Below, piece by piece: positions 45,013 to 53,579 of a stretch of DNA of 64,000 nt; the stretch's first letter is position 1; every line of letters begins with the position of its first letter. The notes below the pieces were generated by a model. That model did no database searches and was not told where the DNA came from. It saw nothing but the letters and a program-made list of their open reading frames with translations. The DNA lies in the NCBI GenBank assembly GCA_965659445.1, contig CBFHWX010000001.1, positions 1,876 to 65,875 on the forward strand, given 5' to 3'. The position numbers and the translations under genes were made by a program. The stretch comes from Limisphaerales bacterium (lineage in GTDB: Bacteria; Verrucomicrobiota; Verrucomicrobiia; Limisphaerales; UBA1100).

Positions 45013-46455
45013 CTATGCTAGGATTTTCTTCACCACGCCGGCAGGCCGGTCGTTGGTCAGCTTTTGAGTTTTTCCACCGTGATGGTAAACTAGTTGATTG
45101 TGGTCGAGGCCGAACTGGTGGAGCAGGGTGGCTTGGTAGTCGTTGGCGGTGACTTTGTTGACGGTGGCGCGATGGCCGACTTCGTCAGTTTCACCATAAA
45201 TGGTGCCTGGCTTGAAGCCGCCGCCGGCAAGCCAGGTGCTGAAGCCTTGGCCATTGTGGTCTCGGCCGGGTTTGCTGCGTGATTGTACGACTGGCAGCCG
45301 ACCAATCTCACCGCCCCAATGGACCACGGTGGAGTCCAGTAATCCGCGTTGTTTCAAATCGGTGACAAGTGCGGCTGCAGGCTTGTCAGTGCGTCGGCAG
45401 ATGGAGGGAAGGGTGCTGTGAATATTCTCGTGGTTGTCCCAAGGCTGGCCGGCCATGAAAAGCTGCACAAAACGCACGCCGCGCTCAACGAGTCGGCGCG
45501 CGATTAGGCAACGGGTTCCGTATTCCTTGGTTTCCTTTTGGTCGATGCCATAAAGTTTCTTTGTGGCTTCAGTTTCCCCATTGATATCCAGTGCCTCCTT
45601 GGCCGCGGTTTGCATGCGTGCGGCCAGCTCGAAGCTGGCGATTCGTGATTCCAGTGCGTCTTCGCCCGGAAGCACTTTGGCTTGATCTGCATTGAGAGCG
45701 CCAAGAAAACTCAAAAAATTGCGCTGCGGCGCGCCGCGCAAATTGGAGGGAGTATCGAGGTTTAATATGCGCGGTTCTCTTGCACGAAGGACGGTGCCTT
45801 GATAGAGGCTTGGTAGCCATCCGTTGCTCCAGTTGTGGATGGTGTCCACAGGATAACCTGCAGGATCGGACAGAACCATGTATGCTGGAAGTTCATCGCT
45901 CTCGCTGCCAAGAGCATAGGTTAGCCACGCACCAAGGCTGGGGCGGCCAAGAACCCCGGGTATGCCGGCATTAATATATCGGATGGAAACCTCGTGTCCG
46001 TTGTGGCCAGTGTGCATGCTGCGAATCATGCAGATGTCATCGGCAATTTTGGCGGTGTGGGGTAGAAGCTCAGAGAAATCCATGCCGCATTGACCATGCT
46101 TTTTGAATTTCCACGGGCTTCCGAGGAGCTTTCGGCTGGCTTCGTTGGCAAAGCTATAATCCACGCTGCCTGAATAATCCATGCCATCAAATAGCTGCAG
46201 TTCAGGTTTGGGGTCAGTGAGGTCCATATGGCTTGGGCCGCCATGCATGAAGAGCGAAATCATTGAAGTGGCTTTGGGCGCAAAATGCGGCCGCTTTGGT
46301 CGCAGATTAAAACTACGCTGATCGCGGGGAAGCTCCTTTGGTGTAGCGAGTAGTTTTTCTTGATTAAGGAGCCAAGCCAGTGCCACACCCCCGATACCCA
46401 TCGTGTTACGGGCGAGAAATTGGCGGCGGGTATTTCTGGCAATGAAATCGTTCAT
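45013..46455 (-). CDS. DUF1501 (sulfatase-fold) protein with a twin-arginine signal, paralog 2
   Basis: MNDFIARNTRRQFLARNTMGIGGVALAWLL (Tat-type), GGPSHMDLTDPKP, MIRSMHTGHNGH, GRDHNGQGFSTWLAGGG. The ATG at 46455 overlaps the upstream stop as ATGA. The 73-aa Arg-rich extension in the track is rejected. Confidence 0.85.
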   Translation of the reverse strand: MNDFIARNTRRQFLARNTMGIGGVALAWLLNQEKLLATPKELPRDQRSFNLRPKRPHFAPKATSMISLFMHGGPSHMDLTDPKPELQLFDGMDYSGSVDYSFANEASRKLLGSPWKFKKHGQCGMDFSELLPHTAKIADDICMIRSMHTGHNGHEVSIRYINAGIPGVLGRPSLGAWLTYALGSESDELPAYMVLSDPAGYPVDTIHNWSNGWLPSLYQGTVLRAREPRILNLDTPSNLRGAPQRNFLSFLGALNADQAKVLPGEDALESRIASFELAARMQTAAKEALDINGETEATKKLYGIDQKETKEYGTRCLIARRLVERGVRFVQLFMAGQPWDNHENIHSTLPSICRRTDKPAAALVTDLKQRGLLDSTVVHWGGEIGRLPVVQSRSKPGRDHNGQGFSTWLAGGGFKPGTIYGETDEVGHRATVNKVTANDYQATLLHQFGLDHNQLVYHHGGKTQKLTNDRPAGVVKKILA

Positions 46456-47891
46456 GCCAAAATTTCCCTCACGACGCGGGCCTTTTGACCGTCGGTGAGG
46501 GTCTGCTCTTGTGCGGCACGTTTGTACGTGAGCTGGGTGTGGTTGAGGCCGAATAGATGTAGCAGAGTCGCATGGTAATCGTAATGGTTTACTACGTTCT
46601 CCACGGCGTGGTGGCCCCATTCGTCGGTAGCGCCGTGGATGTGCCCACCCTTGAAGCCGCCTCCGGCAAGCCACATGGAAAAACCATAAGTATTGTGGTC
46701 GCGCCCCGGGTTTTTTTCATTCTGCACTACCGGCAGGCGGCCCATTTCGCCGCCCCAGTGGACGACAGTGCTATCAAGCAAGCCGCGGCTCCTCAAGTCC
46801 TTTACTAGTGCGCCAATAGGCCGGTCAATTTTTTTGCATGAGGCGGGTAGTGAATTGTTGATATTGCCATGGTGGTCCCAGTATTGGTTTTTAGTGAATA
46901 TTTGCACAAAACGAACTCCTCGCTCGACCAGTCGCCTTGCAATAAGGCATCGCGTACCAAAATCCTTTGTGGCTTCATCACCGATGCCATACATCTTCTT
47001 GGTGGCTTTGCTTTCGCCGGAGATGTCCATCACGTCCGCGGCGGAGGTCTGCATGCGGGCAGCCAATTCAAAACTCGCGATGCGCGCCTCAAGGTCCAGC
47101 TCTCCGTTGCTTTTGCCATTTCGATTCAGTTCACCGAGGAAATCCAAAAAATTTTCTTGTGGCTTTCCGCGAAGGCGTGGTGGTGGGTCGAGATTTAAAA
47201 TCCGCGGCTCACGTGCGCGTACCACGGTGCCTTGATACAGGCTTGGCAACCATCCAGCTGACCAATTGAACGTTCCCAGAACCGGAAGGCTTGAGGGGTC
47301 ACGTAATACCATGTAGGCGGGCAGGTTTTGGTTTTCCGTGCCCAATCCGTAGGTAAGCCAGCTTCCCAGCGCGGGACGACCGGCAATGGTTCTACCACTG
47401 TTGAGTGCGTGAATGGATTGGCCGTGATTATTCACACCGGTGTGCATGCTTCGAATCAGGCAAAGCTCATCGGCCACCTCGCTGAAGCCTGGAACCAGTT
47501 CAGAAAAGTCCATGCCGCATTGTCCGTGTTTTTTAAACTTCCACTTGCTCGCGAGCACCTTGCTACTCGCTTGCGCGGCGTTGTCATATTTGATCTTCTC
47601 GGGAAAATCGCGTCCGGCCCATTCATCGAGCATCGGCTTGGGATCACAAATGTCCATCTGGCTCGGGCCGCCCTGCATGAAACAGGAAATCATTGCCTTG
47701 GCGCGCGGTGGGTGATGCGGCTGCTTGAGCAATAGGCTGTGTGTGGTCGTCTCGAGGTCCGGTTTCACTGACTTGGCCAGCAATCCTTCGCGCTGCAAAA
47801 GCCACGCCAAAGCCACCCCGCCGATCCCCATCGCGTTTTCGGCGAGAAAATGCCGACGGCTTGAAAGAAGTTGAGTGTTGTCAGTCGACAT
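46452..47891 (-). CDS. DUF1501 (sulfatase-fold) protein with a twin-arginine signal, paralog 1
   Basis: SSRRHFLAENAMGIGGVALAWLL, GGPSQMDICDPKP, LIRSMHTGVNNH, GRDHNTYGFSMWLAGGG. Roughly two-thirds identical to the downstream paralog by eye. Confidence 0.85.
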   Translation of the reverse strand: MSTDNTQLLSSRRHFLAENAMGIGGVALAWLLQREGLLAKSVKPDLETTTHSLLLKQPHHPPRAKAMISCFMQGGPSQMDICDPKPMLDEWAGRDFPEKIKYDNAAQASSKVLASKWKFKKHGQCGMDFSELVPGFSEVADELCLIRSMHTGVNNHGQSIHALNSGRTIAGRPALGSWLTYGLGTENQNLPAYMVLRDPSSLPVLGTFNWSAGWLPSLYQGTVVRAREPRILNLDPPPRLRGKPQENFLDFLGELNRNGKSNGELDLEARIASFELAARMQTSAADVMDISGESKATKKMYGIGDEATKDFGTRCLIARRLVERGVRFVQIFTKNQYWDHHGNINNSLPASCKKIDRPIGALVKDLRSRGLLDSTVVHWGGEMGRLPVVQNEKNPGRDHNTYGFSMWLAGGGFKGGHIHGATDEWGHHAVENVVNHYDYHATLLHLFGLNHTQLTYKRAAQEQTLTDGQKARVVREILA

Positions 47892-50709
47892 AAATGAAAC
47901 GATTTGCGCTCATCAATGCTTGGCAATAGTTGGCCATCGCAGTCAACTCGGGGGTCTTGTCCTTACGTTCTTTAAAGAGAGCGGTTTGTTTCTGGACGAA
48001 CTCGCGCGAGCTGGACAGCTCGGTGCCGGAGGGCTCGTAGGCGAAGGCGTGTTCCCAGCCGGCGGTGAGTTGGCCATCGAGATCATCGCCGGCAAGTTTC
48101 CTAAGGCGTTCGGCCATCACGCGACTCTGATCGACCACAAACTGATTGTTCATGAAAATCAATGCCTGAGGGGCTACGGTAGAGACAGGGCGCTTGGCGC
48201 AGTTGGGCTCCATGGTGGGTGCGTCAAAGGCGTCCAAAAAAGAAAGCTTTAGCGACCGTCGCACCTGCACATATAGACTCCGTCTGAATTCGTCTCCCTT
48301 AAGGTCGACTTTTTTTCCCGTCGGTCGGTTGGCGCTGTCGGTGGTGTTGACTCCAATAATTACCTGCCCTTCATCATTTTCCGATACGGGCACCGGTTTC
48401 CCATGCATCCTCAAGTTGATGCGCCCACTTAATACGAGTATGGCATCACGAATGGTTTCGGCCTCCATGCGGCGGATATTCATGCGGCCGAGCAGGCGGT
48501 TGTCCGGATCGATCTTATCCTGTTTGGCGTTGCGGCGTGAAACCTGTCGGTAAGCGTTACTGGTCATAATGAGCTTGTGGAGGCGCTTAAGGTTCCAGCC
48601 GTGTTTCATGAAATCATTCGCGAGCCAGTCGAGCAGTTCAGGATGGCTGGGCAATTCGCCGAGACGGCCAAAGTCACCGGGTGTGTCTACGATGCCACGG
48701 CCAAAGTGATGCAGCCAAAATCGGTTTACCAATACTCGCGCGGTCAGCGGGTGTTTACCGTCAGTGAGATGCTTGGCAAATGCGGTGCGGCGGCCAGTAG
48801 AGGGTAGGGTATTGTCGTTATCCGGGATAGTTTTGGATGATACTACCGTCAGACCAGCAGGCTTGACGGCATCCTTGGGTTGATCATGGTTACCTCGAAA
48901 GAGTACGTGTGTCGTTGGAACTTTGCCGGGCTTTTCGGTGAGCGCGCGGATAAACGGCTCCTCAGGTTTGGTGGCACGCATTTCCTGAGCCTTTTTGTTC
49001 AAGTCATCCAACACTTTTTTGCTCAGAGCATCCTTGAAAAACTTGATACGTGCATCGATTGCCTTGAGTTCCTTAAATCCTTCCGGATCTAATTTTTCCA
49101 GCGACTTTTCGTCTGCCAACATGCCCGTATGTTCTGATAGCAGCTTCTTTTGCTCATCAGTGCGTTTCTTGGATTCGGCTTTGGCGGCGGCTTCAATTTG
49201 GGTGCGTATATCTTCGGGTGCTGCAGCAAGGGTCTTTTTGCGGCAGTTCTCCAGACATGCTGTTAGCTTTTCCTTCCGATTCTTGTTTAGCTTGCTGATT
49301 TCAATATTGTATTCACGGTCGTAAAGGTAGAGTGAGCCTGAGCTGATTTGCCGGACACTTGGGTATTGTTTCAAGATCGCATTCTGAGCGTCGTTCCGCT
49401 TCTTGGCATGGTATGCTTCCCTCAACTTCTTGCGATCTTTCTCTGGTACGGACTCGAGTTTCCACTTGAGGGTGAGTTCAATGAAGTTTTCAATTTTCTT
49501 TTTTCGTTCGGCATCTACCTTTTTTGCCTTGGTTTCAATCTCGGCAGATTTTTTCCTGTCTCCATCTGTGTAGAGAGTGATCCGGCGGCTGTTGGGTGCG
49601 CGCCAATTCTTTGGATCCAGCCCCGGCTCGAATACTGCCCGCATACGATAATAGTCTACCTGAGGAATGGGGTCATAACGGTGGTCATGACATTGAGCGC
49701 AACCTACGGTTATTCCCATCAGGGACGTGGATACAATCTTGAGGGTCTCAGCCATCACTTGATTGCGTGCAGCGGCATTATTTGAATTACCTGTGCCATC
49801 AGGGGCCATTCGGAGGTATCCGGTGGCGGTGAGTTTATCTATTTGATTGGGTTTTAGATTGGTATACGGCGGCTTCACCATTTCGTCGCCGGCGAGTTGT
49901 TCATGTATGAAGCGGTCCCAAGGCATATCATCATTAAAGGCTTGTACGACGTAGTCGCGGTAGCGCCATGCCCATGCTCGTTCGACATCGCTCTCATTGT
50001 AGCCTTCAGAGTCAGCGTAACCTGCTACGTCCAACCAATGCCGGCCCCAGCGCTCTCCGTACTGTGGTGAGGCCATCAGACGGTCGAGTAGTTGTTCATA
50101 GGCTTTCGGTGACTTGTCCTCGATAAATTTTTTAATCTCCTCTGGTGTTGGAGGTAATCCTGTCAGATCGAATGTAGCGCGGCGTATTAATGTACGTCTA
50201 TTTGCCTGTTCAGAGAAACCTAGTTCTTTGGCTTTCAAGGTGCGCAATAAAAAAGCGTCGACGGGGTTTTTAGCGATTTTTGGCACATGAGGATTCGTGA
50301 TTGGTTGAAATGCCCAGAAGCTACGTTCCTCCTCAGTGATACCCACGGCATCGGGATCCTCCGGCTCGGGCCGCGCGGTTTTTGCTCCTTGGGCAATCCA
50401 GTTGTGAATCAACTCAATTTCATTGGCATTCAGTTTCTTTTGGTCTTTCGGCATCTTGCCGGAAAGCACCTTCTTATAGAGGAAACTATTGTTAGGTTTG
50501 CCGGGCACAATCGCTGGTCCGTGTTCGCCACCCTCCAGTAGTAGTCGCGTGAGGCGCACATCAAGGTCACCTTTTTCCCGGCCGTCTTCGCCGTGGCACT
50601 GAAAACAATGCGCTTTGAGAATCGGCCTAATGTCCTTTTCAAATAAAACCGGCGCGGCCGTTAATTGCACGACGGCAACGTTCAAAAAAATTGTGGTGTA
50701 AAACTTCAT
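47881..50709 (-). CDS. PSCyt1 / DUF1549 / DUF1553 protein (planctomycete-type cytochrome c domain protein)
   Basis: N-terminal signal peptide and heme-binding CFQCHG. DUF1549-like NPVDAFLLRTLKAKELGFSEQANRRTLIRRATFDLTGLPPT and CAQCHDHRYDPI. DUF1553-like FDAPTMEPNCAKRPVSTVAPQALIFMNN. Confidence 0.85.
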   Translation of the reverse strand: MKFYTTIFLNVAVVQLTAAPVLFEKDIRPILKAHCFQCHGEDGREKGDLDVRLTRLLLEGGEHGPAIVPGKPNNSFLYKKVLSGKMPKDQKKLNANEIELIHNWIAQGAKTARPEPEDPDAVGITEEERSFWAFQPITNPHVPKIAKNPVDAFLLRTLKAKELGFSEQANRRTLIRRATFDLTGLPPTPEEIKKFIEDKSPKAYEQLLDRLMASPQYGERWGRHWLDVAGYADSEGYNESDVERAWAWRYRDYVVQAFNDDMPWDRFIHEQLAGDEMVKPPYTNLKPNQIDKLTATGYLRMAPDGTGNSNNAAARNQVMAETLKIVSTSLMGITVGCAQCHDHRYDPIPQVDYYRMRAVFEPGLDPKNWRAPNSRRITLYTDGDRKKSAEIETKAKKVDAERKKKIENFIELTLKWKLESVPEKDRKKLREAYHAKKRNDAQNAILKQYPSVRQISSGSLYLYDREYNIEISKLNKNRKEKLTACLENCRKKTLAAAPEDIRTQIEAAAKAESKKRTDEQKKLLSEHTGMLADEKSLEKLDPEGFKELKAIDARIKFFKDALSKKVLDDLNKKAQEMRATKPEEPFIRALTEKPGKVPTTHVLFRGNHDQPKDAVKPAGLTVVSSKTIPDNDNTLPSTGRRTAFAKHLTDGKHPLTARVLVNRFWLHHFGRGIVDTPGDFGRLGELPSHPELLDWLANDFMKHGWNLKRLHKLIMTSNAYRQVSRRNAKQDKIDPDNRLLGRMNIRRMEAETIRDAILVLSGRINLRMHGKPVPVSENDEGQVIIGVNTTDSANRPTGKKVDLKGDEFRRSLYVQVRRSLKLSFLDAFDAPTMEPNCAKRPVSTVAPQALIFMNNQFVVDQSRVMAERLRKLAGDDLDGQLTAGWEHAFAYEPSGTELSSSREFVQKQTALFKERKDKTPELTAMANYCQALMSANRFIYVD

Positions 50710-50814
50710 TCTCTACACTCTATTGACCCTACCCCAGTGACTCAAATTCAACAATTTCAAAGACAAATGATTCTTTCCATACACGTACAGTGGACTATCG
50801 TAGCCGCATTAACT

Positions 50815-51015
50815 ATGAAAATGAGAAGCTTTTTCTTCTTAAGTGCCATTTTTTTAGGTGCTGAACTTTTTGCCACGAAACCTCCCGTGGTTGATCCTGT
50901 TGAGACACAATCGTTGGCGGAACAAGTGAAACGACTGGTAACCGCGATGGATTTACTTGGCAAGCAGCTGAATGCAAAAACAAAGAACGCTATTTTAAAA
51001 TGCAAACACCACTAA
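50815..51015 (+). CDS. Small putative secreted protein (66 aa), possibly a gene remnant
   Basis: MKMRSFFFLSAIFLGAELFA is signal-like. No family recognised. Its end overlaps the start of the adjacent pseudogene remnant. Confidence 0.25.
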   Translation: MKMRSFFFLSAIFLGAELFATKPPVVDPVETQSLAEQVKRLVTAMDLLGKQLNAKTKNAILKCKHH

Positions 51016-51361
51016 TCCTTTGCCTATTCCTCGTTGGCTTCGTTTCAAACGCCTCCGCTGCTTGGAAATCGGCTGCTGCTAAGGCGCTCATCATGCCAAT
51101 GTAAAAAACCTTTGGTCGACTACTCACCTAAAACGCGAACTTGGAAAGAATCGCGATGTGTAGGTGGCCGGCTATTCCAACGATGTGATGGCCTACATAC
51201 CAAGCCTGCGTGTCCTGCGGGAAGGCGGCTACGAGGGAGGAGCCGCCAGGCGTTACATCCGTAGTATGCCACACCCGGGTCCTTGGGTAGTAACGGTAGA
51301 AAGACATCTAATTGATCGAATCCACTCGCTGATCAACCGATTGCATCTTAAGCTTGATTGA
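51000..51361 (+). pseudogene. Decayed remnant of a neutral/alkaline-ceramidase-like (non-lysosomal ceramidase N-terminal domain family) gene
   Basis: The 34-codon ORF at 51000-51104 encodes a signal peptide plus AAWKSAAAKALIMPM, resembling the family N-terminus. A different frame then reads LKRELGKNRDV-TAG(51161-51163)-VAGYSNDVMAYIPSLRVLREGGYEGG, resembling the family C-terminus with a stop where I would expect Trp. The roughly 350 aa normally in between are absent. Confidence 0.5.
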
Positions 51362-51465
51362 TCCGTTCATAGTAAAACCTTGCCTCAAGAACCACTCATG
51401 TTAGGATGACTTTGATGGGTCGGGCTGATTGTTTCTTTATTGCCTGACTTAATTTAAATTTATTC

Positions 51466-51972
51466 ATGTCTGCGCCATCTGCACAAAAGAAACCAACCGT
51501 GCGTATTGGACTGCCACCAAAGCCGGATGCAAAGCAGACCATTCGTGTTGACCTTCCTGCAAAGGCAGCGGCACCCGTTCCCGCAGTGGCACCCGTTCCC
51601 GCAGCGGCACCCGTTCCCGCAGCGGCACCCGTTCCCGCAGCGGCACCCGTTCCCGCAGCGGCACTTGATCAAGGAGTTCCTACATCAAATGTGGCACCAG
51701 TACCAACTCCTGGTGCTGTGGCTCCTTTGTCGGTTGCTCCCGCTCCGGGACCGATGCCAGGTGCGAATCCAGGTGAGGAAACTATGCCTCCCGGCTCCGT
51801 TCCTGGGGCTCCCGCTCCGGCACCGATGCCGGGTGCTACAGGGGTTCCTTTGGCGGCGACTATGCCGCCGGGTGCTGATGCTCCGGACAAGATTGAAATG
51901 ATTCTTGCGGTGGTGGCGTTTCTGATCACTATCGGCTGCGTGGTGGTTCTGGCAATTATGTCGGTTGAATAA
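51466..51972 (+). CDS. Pro/Ala-rich tail-anchored protein (168 aa)
   Basis: Basic N-terminus KKPTVRIGLPPKPDAKQTIRVDLP, then (APVPAA)n repeats and further P/A/G-rich sequence. A single C-terminal TM, MILAVVAFLITIGCVVVLAIM. The antisense ORFs are repeat artefacts. Confidence 0.5.
   Translation: MSAPSAQKKPTVRIGLPPKPDAKQTIRVDLPAKAAAPVPAVAPVPAAAPVPAAAPVPAAAPVPAAALDQGVPTSNVAPVPTPGAVAPLSVAPAPGPMPGANPGEETMPPGSVPGAPAPAPMPGATGVPLAATMPPGADAPDKIEMILAVVAFLITIGCVVVLAIMSVE
51571..51664 (+). repeat. Perfect in-frame tandem repeat, 5 copies of an 18-bp unit
   Basis: The unit GCACCCGTTCCCGCAGCG occurs at 51571, 51589, 51607, 51625 and 51643. Copy 1 has a single C-to-T change. A partial GCAC follows. The repeat encodes (APVPAA)5. 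Confidence 0.9.
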
Positions 51973-52015
51973 TCAGCTTTCCCTTCCGTTGCTACCTGTT
52001 TACTCTTCGGCCGTT

Positions 52016-52357
52016 ATGGCATCTGAAAATGTAATCGTTGTTTCCGCTGAAAATTTTGAAAGTGAAGTCCTCCAAAGTGACGTGCCAGTACTCGTCGATT
52101 TCTGGGCGCCTTGGTGTGGTCCCTGTAAAATGCTAGGGCCGGTGATCGATCAGCTTGCCGACGATTACTCCGGCAAGGCAAAGGTGGCCAAAATCGATAT
52201 CGATGCCGACGACTCCACCAAGCAGCTGGCTGTTCAGCAGGGGGTTTCCAGTATTCCAGCGCTTATGGTTTTCAAGGGTGGCGAAAAGGTGGATGAAACC
52301 ATCGGTGCCCAAGGCAAGCCTATCTTGGCCGACATGATCGATAAGGCATTGGCCTAA
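52016..52357 (+). CDS. trxA: Thioredoxin
   Basis: VLVDFWAPWCGPCKMLGP active site, with IPALMVFKGG. I chose the ATG at 52016 (MASENVIVV) over the track start at 51965. Confidence 0.9.
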   Translation: MASENVIVVSAENFESEVLQSDVPVLVDFWAPWCGPCKMLGPVIDQLADDYSGKAKVAKIDIDADDSTKQLAVQQGVSSIPALMVFKGGEKVDETIGAQGKPILADMIDKALA

Positions 52358-52360
52358 TTC

Positions 52361-53512
52361 GTGCAGGGGATGAAACTCCCCGGTTTCCAGAATAACGAAG
52401 CGCTTAGGCAGCGCGAGTTTCCTGTGTGCGCCGGCAAGGTGTACCTTGCCCACGCCGGAGTGTCACCGTTGCCTGCCCGCGTAACCCAAGCAATTCATGA
52501 AGCTGCCTCCTCCGCTGGGTTGGATGACCAGGAAGTGGGCTTTGGCGATCTGTTGCGTACCGCTCGCGCTCGCGCCGCCAAGATGCTTGGCGCGGATACC
52601 GGGGAAGTTGCCCTCATCGGTCCCACCACCACCGGCCTTAGCGCCGTGGCCGCTGGGCTCGATTGGCAAACCGGTGGCGAAGTACTCATTTATCAGGATG
52701 ACTTTCCCGTCAACGTTTACCCGTGGCTGTCGCTGGAAAAACGTGGTGTCACCGTGCGCCGCCTGCAAACACCTTCGCTGGGACAGATCACGCCGGAGTT
52801 AGTGCTTGAACAACTCACTGACCAAACGCGCCTTGTTGCACTGGCCTCGTGCCATTTTGTTTCCGGTTGGCGCATTGATCATGATGCCATCGGGCGCGTT
52901 CTGCGTGCGCGCGATATTTTATTTTGCCTCGATGCCATTCAAACGTTGGGAGCCTTTCCCACCACGGTGGAGCATGTGGACTTCCTCGCGGCTGACTCCC
53001 ACAAATGGCTGCTCGGCCCGTGCGCGGCCGGTGTATTTTATGTGCGACGTGAATTGCAAGACCGCCTTGCGCCTACAACTTTTGGCTGGAACAACGTGCG
53101 ATGCCCCAACTACATCGCTCAGGAGGAGATGACGTTTCGCACCGATGTCCGTCGTTATGAGGCTGGCAGTTTCAACATCCTCGGTATCGCCGGTCTTAAT
53201 GCCGCACTAGGGTTGCTGCTGGAGGTCGGAATTGACACCATCGCTTCCGATTTAGCTGCAAAACGCGTGTGGTTGGTGGATGCGTTGCAGGCAAAGGGGT
53301 TTGAGGTGTTTTATCCTGAGGGCGAAAATATCAGTGGCATCACCTCCTGCTGGCGTGAAGGCGAGGACATGCAGACCTTGCGCGAGAAATTGGCCGCTGC
53401 CGACATTGTGGTTTCCGTGCGGGGTGACCGTAACGGATGTGATTATCTTCGCTTTTCGCCACATATATACAATACCTACGCCGAGCTTGAGCGGGCGGTG
53501 GCATTGCTCTGA
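52361..53512 (+). CDS. Class V aminotransferase-fold PLP enzyme (cysteine desulfurase / NifS-like family)
   Basis: FLAADSHKWLLGPCAAGVFYV carries the PLP lysine in an SHK context. N-terminal VYLAHAGVSPLP. About 380 aa. Substrate unknown. Confidence 0.8.
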   Translation: MQGMKLPGFQNNEALRQREFPVCAGKVYLAHAGVSPLPARVTQAIHEAASSAGLDDQEVGFGDLLRTARARAAKMLGADTGEVALIGPTTTGLSAVAAGLDWQTGGEVLIYQDDFPVNVYPWLSLEKRGVTVRRLQTPSLGQITPELVLEQLTDQTRLVALASCHFVSGWRIDHDAIGRVLRARDILFCLDAIQTLGAFPTTVEHVDFLAADSHKWLLGPCAAGVFYVRRELQDRLAPTTFGWNNVRCPNYIAQEEMTFRTDVRRYEAGSFNILGIAGLNAALGLLLEVGIDTIASDLAAKRVWLVDALQAKGFEVFYPEGENISGITSCWREGEDMQTLREKLAAADIVVSVRGDRNGCDYLRFSPHIYNTYAELERAVALL

Positions 53513-53579
53513 AATTATTCGCAATTTACGATGTCGCTTGCGTTGACTTGGCTCCCTGCGCTTTACTGCCTCGGTTTTC

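Noticed and set aside
46456-46674. 73-aa Arg-rich N-terminal extension of the DUF1501 ORF (track start 46674)
   Set aside because: The extension lies entirely inside the upstream paralog's coding region. The ATG at 46455 gives a canonical twin-arginine signal and an ATGA junction.
51571-51664. Possible CRISPR array, because of the short exact direct repeats
   Set aside because: The repeats are contiguous with no spacers, the unit is only 18 bp, they are in frame inside an ORF, and no cas genes are nearby.
51460-51929. Antisense and alternate-frame ORFs with striking repeats (CGNGCR x5, PLRERV x5, HPFPQR x4)
   Set aside because: These are artefacts of translating the 18-bp tandem repeat in other frames or strands. 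The + frame with a start codon, repeat and C-terminal TM helix is the most coherent reading.
53513-53579. Possibility that carB is intact but mis-called because of an upstream alternative start
   Set aside because: The in-frame codon at 53544-53546 is TGA, and the sequence upstream belongs to the aminotransferase gene ending at 53512. There is no room for the missing 480 or so residues.
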